11,902 bases of DNA from a virus (lineage: Duplodnaviria > Heunggongvirae > Uroviricota > Caudoviricetes). Both the position numbers and the translations under genes were made by a program. The notes beneath the pieces were generated by a model that worked only from the letters and a program-made list of their open reading frames with translations, ran no database searches and had not been told where the DNA came from. Location of the stretch: IMG/VR virus record IMGVR_UViG_2778261167_000009. One strand, written 5' to 3'. Positions 7,350 through 11,902 of the stretch are shown here, in pieces (within the stretch, counting starts at the first letter, position 1; each line of letters opens with the position of its first letter).

Positions 7350-7775
7350 CTAAAACGGTATGTTGTCCCCGTACGGATCATCGTGCTGACCCGTCTGCTG
7401 TTTTGCCCTGTTCAGTGCGTCAGTCGCCTGGCTCTGCTGGCCTTTTTTGCCGTCCGGTCGCACCGTTCGCGCACTGATTACGCTGTCTGCGATAACCTGC
7501 CAGCCTTGCCGCGTTTCGCCGTTCTGGCCTGTCCACTGGCTTACCTGCATGTTACCCACCACGCTCACCAGTTCGCCTTTGTGGTGTTTTGCCAGTGCAT
7601 CGGCCTGTCTGCCAAACGCCAGAACAGAAAGCCACATCGTCACCGCACCATCATCAGCCTGACTGCATGGCAGGGGGACCGCCATACTTACCATCGCCAT
7701 TTGTGTACCCTTGCTGGTGGTCTTTAACTGTGGGTCATTTGTCAGCCGCCCGTAAGCGGCTATCTGTGCTGTCAT
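7350..7775 (-). CDS. ssb: Single-stranded DNA-binding protein (SSB-like OB-fold) with acidic C-terminal tip ...DNIPF
   Basis: 141-aa translation aligns by eye with bacterial SSB (IAAYGRLTNDPQLKTT..., WLSVLAFGRQADALAKHHKGELVSVVGNMQVSQWT...G..R) and ends DDPYGDNIPF, like the host SSB tip DDDIPF. Strong RBS GGAGGG; ATGA overlap with the upstream ORF. Confidence 0.8.
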   Translation of the reverse strand: MTAQIAAYGRLTNDPQLKTTSKGTQMAMVSMAVPLPCSQADDGAVTMWLSVLAFGRQADALAKHHKGELVSVVGNMQVSQWTGQNGETRQGWQVIADSVISARTVRPDGKKGQQSQATDALNRAKQQTGQHDDPYGDNIPF

Positions 7776-8017
7776 GATTCCATCCCTCCGGTGTTAACGT
7801 TGATGGTTGTCACCTGTTCCGCTTCGGCAATCTCCCGCTCTATCAGCGTGGCAAAATTTGCCGCCGCCGTGGTCATGAATGCGCTTATCAGTTCGGAATG
7901 TGCTTTCGCGTATCCTTCCCCGGCGTTGCGGTCGATGATTTTTATCGACACCCTTAACCAGTGTTCCGTCAAATCAAGGGCGTGCGATTGTGATTTTTTT
8001 GTGTGCTTCGCTGTCAC
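7772..8017 (-). CDS. Hypothetical 81-aa protein (GTG start), between ori and ssb
   Basis: ORF starts with GTG at 8015-8017 and has a weak SD. Its TGA overlaps the ssb ATG. No family recognised; could be shorter or non-coding. Confidence 0.35.
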   Translation of the reverse strand: MTAKHTKKSQSHALDLTEHWLRVSIKIIDRNAGEGYAKAHSELISAFMTTAAANFATLIEREIAEAEQVTTINVNTGGMES

Positions 8018-8063
8018 AGGCTTTATCTCACAGCAGTAAATTAAAATTTTTGCGTTTTAACCC

Positions 8064-8301
8064 TTCACCTGTTCACCTTTTGATATTTTCTCTTTTAATT
8101 CATAATGTTAAGGGGTGAACAGTTTCAAAAAAACTATTCACCAACTGTTCACCACTGTTCACCACTGTTCACCCTTGAAGCTCAATAAACAATCAAAAAG
8201 GTGAACAGTGAATAGTTTGGTGAACAGTTCATAAATAACTGTTCACCCTATAATATACTGATATAAAAGATATTTATGACAGGGTGAACAGTGGTGAACA
8301 G
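8064..8301. repeat. Iteron array, candidate origin of replication (P4-type TGTTCACC iterons)
   Basis: Ten exact copies of CTGTTCACC/GGTGAACAG in both orientations (8069, 8114, 8145, 8155, 8165, 8200, 8219, 8239, 8283, 8293) plus variants CTATTCACC (8134) and GTGAATAG (8208). Three are tandem at a 10-bp period (8144-8173). AT-rich spacers lie between them. Immediately 3' of the primase/helicase gene. Confidence 0.6.
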
Positions 8302-8314
8302 TTATTCCATAAGT

Positions 8315-10132
8315 TTAATTTTTGCTATCGTCATTAGTGACCGATACACATGATGGCATCCAGTCTTCTGATTCCTCCGTCAGTGTCACGTTTGAACGCA
8401 AACCGTGCTTCGTTTTCCGTTTCATATACTCCCTGCCATATTCCGCCATTGCCCCCGGCATATCTTTACCGAAGCGCGTCAGTGTTACAGGTTTACCAAA
8501 CCCATGTGCCCTCATATAAGCCAGATAGGCATGATAGAGATACCTGCGTGGGCTGAATGGCACAATTTCAGCATTACCCACTAACAGGCCATCACACATT
8601 ACCGACGCCATGAGATAGCCGCAGAAGTCCACCAGCGAATCCCCCTCTCGCTTTATCGCCAGTGCTTCTTCAGATTTCTGCTGCTCATATAACAGGCGTC
8701 TGGCTTCGTCCTGGTCAGCAAACCGTGTAAGCAGATGGCGAATCACTACCGCCAGCTCACCTTCTATTTTTTCCGCCAGCATTGGATCACGTTCGTTCTC
8801 CGGTACAACTTCCGAAAAATTGAATATCACCCGACGACGTGAGATCCCCCCGCTGCGGTCACTGAATGACATGGCGTTATTGTTAACCGCCAGCACTACT
8901 GCCGGAATACGTGTTGAGTAGGGGGCTTTGTGTTTCGGGTCAATTGCCACCTTGTCACCGCCTGTAATAGCCTTAATCCCTGCCCCATCACCAGCGTAGC
9001 GGGTCATATCCGGCATGATAATCAGCGAAAAGCCAACCACTAACGCGCGTTCCCTTGCATCTTCCAGCGCCTTCATGCTTGCCGATACTGTGTTGGCCTT
9101 ACCCGCCAGCATGGTGCAAATCTCCGCCATCACGCTTTTACCACTTCCCCCTGGACCTGTTACCTCAATGAATAACTGCCAGTCGTACCGGTTCGCCAGC
9201 ACCATGAATAATGCAGCCAGTACGCGATCCGCCTTGCGGTCATTCTCAGCCACCGAACGGCGTAACCACTTCCAGAAATTCGGCGCATGTGTTGCCAGCG
9301 TTTCCCCCTCTGCTGGTGGGCTGAAAGGTAATTCACTGGCAATTAACAACCAGTCGTTTTTGTTATGCTCCCGAAAATTACCTGTTCTGGTATCAAATAC
9401 CCCGTTACTGAATCCAATCAGGTTACGGGCTGTATTCCCCATTACAGGCAAACTTAACTTCATGGTATCGACCGCTGATTTAATAGCGTTCTGTGAATAG
9501 CTGATCTCCGCATCAATGAAAATCTGCGCCATAGCACGCTGTAACTCTTTATCCTGAACCGGCTCCCATACAACGCCGTTGTAATGGTGAACAGTGTCAG
9601 AGTCAGCATGAATCGCCAGTTCACCACCATAATGTGCCAGGAGAACTTCGCCGCGTTGACTTGCTCCCATCTGGTTAAGCGCCAGTGATGAAGCGTTATC
9701 GTCTTTTACCCGCTCTTTTTTCTTTACAGGCAGTTCAACTACCTTTTTCTTTTCCGCCAGCTCTCCCCGCTCACGCTCCAGATATTCGCGCCAGTTCTCC
9801 CGTTTCTGGCTGTGCATTCCTTCAGGGTAATAATCAGCATCCCTGACACCTGCCGCTGCCAGTTTCTGCCCGATGGTATTAACAAGCACCGGACGCAATA
9901 ACCCCGCCTGATAGAGACGCACGCGATAGCGTCCGTCCGGTACGATTTGCAGGTTGTCCAGTTCGGCAAGTTGTTGCTCTCCAAGCCAGACAGGTGGCAC
10001 GTTATCGCCTGCCAGTCGCCCGTCCTGTTCCTGCCACTGCTTCGCATGTGCCCACGCATCACTACCCGCAAAAATGATGACTTCCGTCATTTTGTCACGC
10101 GGCTGGTGTTTTAAATTTGGCGCTTTTTTCAT
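8315..10132 (-). CDS. Replication protein: P4 alpha-like primase/helicase (D5-N-like domain plus SF3-type P-loop NTPase)
   Basis: About 605 aa from the ATG at 10130-10132 (MKKAPNL...) with RBS GGAGAGAG. Walker A VTGPGGSGKS, Walker B-like LIIMPD, and a D5-N-like central region (NLIGFSNGVFDTRTGNFREH). The ATG overlaps the upstream ORF stop (ATGA). The ORF-track start at 10147 is GTG. Confidence 0.9.
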   Translation of the reverse strand: MKKAPNLKHQPRDKMTEVIIFAGSDAWAHAKQWQEQDGRLAGDNVPPVWLGEQQLAELDNLQIVPDGRYRVRLYQAGLLRPVLVNTIGQKLAAAGVRDADYYPEGMHSQKRENWREYLERERGELAEKKKVVELPVKKKERVKDDNASSLALNQMGASQRGEVLLAHYGGELAIHADSDTVHHYNGVVWEPVQDKELQRAMAQIFIDAEISYSQNAIKSAVDTMKLSLPVMGNTARNLIGFSNGVFDTRTGNFREHNKNDWLLIASELPFSPPAEGETLATHAPNFWKWLRRSVAENDRKADRVLAALFMVLANRYDWQLFIEVTGPGGSGKSVMAEICTMLAGKANTVSASMKALEDARERALVVGFSLIIMPDMTRYAGDGAGIKAITGGDKVAIDPKHKAPYSTRIPAVVLAVNNNAMSFSDRSGGISRRRVIFNFSEVVPENERDPMLAEKIEGELAVVIRHLLTRFADQDEARRLLYEQQKSEEALAIKREGDSLVDFCGYLMASVMCDGLLVGNAEIVPFSPRRYLYHAYLAYMRAHGFGKPVTLTRFGKDMPGAMAEYGREYMKRKTKHGLRSNVTLTEESEDWMPSCVSVTNDDSKN

Positions 10133-10428
10133 TTCTGCTCTCTCCACGCGGCAATCATGTTTTTCAGTTCCTGTAGTTTTTTATCCACATCCACACGTGA
10201 CACATGGTTATTTCTGGAAGGCGGTATTTCCCGCCGGAATCTGCAAATAAAGATCTCCACGTTCAGCGAGCTATGAAATGAATAGCCATCACGAATAAAG
10301 TACACACGGTCAAACATTATCGATTTTACTGTTACTCTGTTGCCGTTCTTATCCCGATAAATAGCGCCGGGGATAATTTTGGGATGTGCATAACCGCTGG
10401 CAGTCAAGCCAGATAAATACGTTCTCAT
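10129..10428 (-). CDS. Hypothetical 99-aa protein, translationally coupled to the primase/helicase
   Basis: Complete ORF with ATG at 10426-10428 and RBS GGGGA; TGA overlaps the primase ATG. No family recognised. Confidence 0.6.
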   Translation of the reverse strand: MRTYLSGLTASGYAHPKIIPGAIYRDKNGNRVTVKSIMFDRVYFIRDGYSFHSSLNVEIFICRFRREIPPSRNNHVSRVDVDKKLQELKNMIAAWREQK

Positions 10429-10434
10429 GATTAT

Positions 10435-10755
10435 TTATCCCCGATTTGAATCAGTATTCGCTTTCTTTATGGCATTTAATGCATCTGTGGCATTTTCAAT
10501 GGTGCACCGTAACGAAATATCAAAATGTCCAAGCATTGCCAGTAACAAACCGATATTACCCATATCAATGCGCATGGCCTTTTCGTCATATTCCTCATTT
10601 TCTGACGCATGCCACATCAGGCTACCAATTGACGCAACAGCCATTGATATATTGTCAGTAGCCCCATCCGCAGCGGAATAAACCTTTTTAGCAATATCAT
10701 GCTCACAGTTAAAATGCGGATTAATCAGGTACTGGTAATTTGACATATCAGGCAT
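10435..10755 (-). CDS. Hypothetical 106-aa protein
   Basis: Complete ORF with ATG at 10753-10755 and RBS AGGGGG; AT-rich. No family recognised. Confidence 0.6.
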   Translation of the reverse strand: MPDMSNYQYLINPHFNCEHDIAKKVYSAADGATDNISMAVASIGSLMWHASENEEYDEKAMRIDMGNIGLLLAMLGHFDISLRCTIENATDALNAIKKANTDSNRG

Positions 10756-10951
10756 GGCACACCCCCTGACGAATACGGGCGGCGAATACCATCACGCAGC
10801 CAGCCGGGGATTGCTGGCGTGCTTCCTGTTCGCTGGTGGCCACGATGTGAATCACGCGCGGTTGTGCCGTGCTCAGGGCGATAAAACGCCAGATGAATTT
10901 ATTCAGGTTGTGCGAGTCCCGCCCTTGCGGGTGTGTGGTATGATTTAACAT
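10748..10951 (-). CDS. Candidate 67-aa first gene of the leftward operon
   Basis: This is the C-terminal in-frame part of the spurious 306-aa ORF. ATG at 10949-10951 is preceded by GAGGT; stop at 10748-10750 overlaps the next gene start. Translation MLNHTTHPQGRDSHNLNKFIWRFIALSTAQPRVIHIVATSEQEARQQ... is plausible but unrecognised. Confidence 0.35.
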   Translation of the reverse strand: MLNHTTHPQGRDSHNLNKFIWRFIALSTAQPRVIHIVATSEQEARQQSPAGCVMVFAARIRQGVCHA

Positions 10952-11047
10952 AGCTACCTCGATACTTCTGCTATCGTTGGTGGTTAGAAGCCCGGTTAGT
11001 GTTAGCGCACTGCCGGGTTTCGTCGTTTCTGCACCTTGCATCAACAA

Positions 11048-11100
11048 GGTGTTAAACACCAATTTAAGCCTAGGTGTTAAACACGTCAAGTGTTGAACAC
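11048..11100. promoter_or_regulatory. Three palindromic operator-like sites overlapping a putative promoter for the plus-strand small-gene module
   Basis: GGTGTTAAACACC (11048-11060), GGTGTTAAACACG (11073-11085), GTGTTGAACAC (11090-11100). The last overlaps a -35-like TTGAAC (11093-11098), with 17-bp spacer and -10-like CATACT (11116-11121). GGTTAG direct repeats lie upstream (10982, 10994, 11000). Confidence 0.45.
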
Positions 11101-11150
11101 TTATTTTTTTTCCTGCATACTGCATTTGTTTTTTGTAAGGAGTACACAAC

Positions 11151-11330
11151 ATGGCGACAAAAGCAGTAAACGCAAAATCACAAACAGTTGCGGCAAGGGT
11201 TCCGCATGAAGTTATGAACAATGTTGAGGCGGTAAAAATGCCTGGTGAAAGTACAGGGCAGTTTGTAACAGCAGCATTAAAGCGAGAAGTTGAATACCGC
11301 CAGCATCGCAAGGCCAAAGAGCAGGAGTAA
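11151..11330 (+). CDS. Arc/MetJ-like ribbon-helix-helix DNA-binding protein, 59 aa
   Basis: Below the ORF-track size cutoff. Strong RBS AAGGAG (11137-11142) 8 nt before the ATG. Translation MATKAVNAKSQTVAARVPHEVMNNVEAVKMPGESTGQFVTAALKREVEYRQHRKAKEQE has a beta-strand then two helices in the RHH pattern. Confidence 0.6.
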   Translation: MATKAVNAKSQTVAARVPHEVMNNVEAVKMPGESTGQFVTAALKREVEYRQHRKAKEQE

Positions 11331-11387
11331 CCATCACCAGCGCCGTGGTGCGGTGAACTGTGGCGCACAGGGTTACAGGTATCTACG

Positions 11388-11567
11388 ATGACTGACAAAT
11401 CATTAAAGAAATTATCCTCATCCAAGAAAAAACAACGCAAAAATGCGGTAAACGAACATGAACCGGAGAGATTCGCACCATGTGCGTTTATCCTTGAGAA
11501 GTACCTTAAAGAGTATTCTAGGAAAATACGCTCATTGCAGGCATGGCAGCGAATCGAGCCAGACTGA
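11388..11567 (+). CDS. Hypothetical small basic protein, 59 aa
   Basis: Below the ORF-track cutoff. ATG at 11388 with weak SD (AGGT); translation MTDKSLKKLSSSKKKQRKNAVNEHEPERFAPCAFILEKYLKEYSRKIRSLQAWQRIEPD. Lies between the RHH gene and the plus-strand terminator. Confidence 0.4.
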   Translation: MTDKSLKKLSSSKKKQRKNAVNEHEPERFAPCAFILEKYLKEYSRKIRSLQAWQRIEPD

Positions 11568-11631
11568 TAGCATTGCCCACTAGCCGACAACCTGGTATTC
11601 TGGATATGCTCAAGTTTAGTGTTATGCCACT

Positions 11632-11660
11632 GGCGACCGCCCCCGGTCGCCTTTGTTTTA
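11632..11660 (+). terminator. Rho-independent terminator ending the plus-strand small-gene module
   Basis: Stem GGCGACCG, loop CCCC, stem CGGTCGCC (11632-11651), followed by TTTGTTTTA. It sits inside the 306-aa minus-strand ORF, arguing that ORF is not real. Confidence 0.6.
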
Positions 11661-11677
11661 TGTGTCATAGCTCCCCC

Positions 11678-11902
11678 CTAGGCTGCCTTACCTGAATTAA
11701 CGCGGTCACGGCTTTGCACCCAGTCCATAACTTCGGAAAGCAACCAGCCTACAGAACGCCCCCCAAGATTACGGCGAGACGGAAAGCCCCCTTTCTTCTC
11801 CAGTTCGTAGCGTGTAGTACGGCTGACGCCTGTTAACTTACGACATTCATCCTCACGAATTACGCGATCTGTTAGTGATTGAAATTGTGTATTTTGATTC
11901 AT
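11678..11902 (-). CDS. alpA: AlpA-family phage regulatory protein (winged-HTH activator/excisionase-like)
   Basis: 74-aa translation (IREDECRKLTGVSRTTRYELEKKGGFPSRRNLGGRSVGWLLSEVMDWVQSR) matches the AlpA pattern. The ATG is at the window edge, so the RBS and any upstream integrase are not visible. Confidence 0.85.
   Translation of the reverse strand: MNQNTQFQSLTDRVIREDECRKLTGVSRTTRYELEKKGGFPSRRNLGGRSVGWLLSEVMDWVQSRDRVNSGKAA

Larger units (their letters stand above)
1..11902 (-). mobile_element. Partial phage satellite, capsid-forming PICI-like: AlpA regulator, P4-type primase/helicase with iteron ori, SSB, HK97-type capsid and HNH/TerS/TerL packaging module, no tail genes in window
   Basis: Gene content and order read from the translations. 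The integrase and island ends are not in the window, so boundaries are unknown. Confidence 0.6.

Noticed and set aside
7791-8039. 82-aa plus-strand ORF opposite the 7772-8017 minus-strand ORF
   Set aside because: Cys-rich, hydrophobic low-complexity translation with no RBS. The minus-strand frame is more plausible because it couples to ssb, though it is itself low confidence.
8064-8301. Possible CRISPR array suggested by the short repeats
   Set aside because: The repeat unit is only 9 bp, occurs in both orientations with irregular spacing and AT-rich gaps, and has no adjacent cas genes. This is an iteron/origin pattern, not a CRISPR array.
9015-9500. 161-aa plus-strand ORF inside the primase/helicase gene
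   Set aside because: Antisense to the conserved Walker A/B region of a confidently called gene; the translation is Ser/Ala/Leu-rich low complexity.
10754-10948. 64-aa plus-strand ORF in the alpA-proximal control region
   Set aside because: Less protein-like than the minus-strand frame covering the same interval, which has an RBS and is coupled to the downstream operon. No promoter or RBS context on the plus strand.
10748-11668. 306-aa minus-strand ORF spanning the alpA-proximal region
   Set aside because: The translation is low-complexity and Cys/Ser/Thr/His-rich. It runs through a plus-strand terminator hairpin, the palindromic operator region and two well-signalled plus-strand small genes. 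Only its C-terminal 67 codons (10748-10951), which have their own RBS, are kept as a candidate gene.

Overview
This window reads as the core of a phage satellite, most likely a capsid-forming phage-inducible chromosomal island (cf-PICI-like) with a P4-type replicon, rather than a complete prophage. Nearly all genes are on the minus strand. From right to left: an AlpA-family regulator (11678-11902), a short convergent plus-strand module of two sub-60-aa genes missed by the ORF track (the first an Arc-like ribbon-helix-helix protein, preceded by three palindromic operator-like sites), several small unknown proteins, a P4 alpha-like primase/helicase (8315-10132), an iteron array 3' of it (8064-8301, candidate ori), an SSB-like protein, then an HK97-type head and packaging module in the unusual order major capsid, prohead protease, portal, gp6-like connector, HNH endonuclease, terminase small and terminase large subunit. 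No tail genes are seen in the window. The one plus-strand gene in the middle (6543-7049) is AT-rich, has its own promoter, RBS and a bidirectional terminator, and encodes an unrecognised 168-aa protein with a C-terminal hydrophobic glycine-zipper-like tail; it is the best candidate for novel cargo, possibly an anti-phage or membrane-acting effector. All calls come from reading the translations and the DNA by eye; no database search or computation was run.
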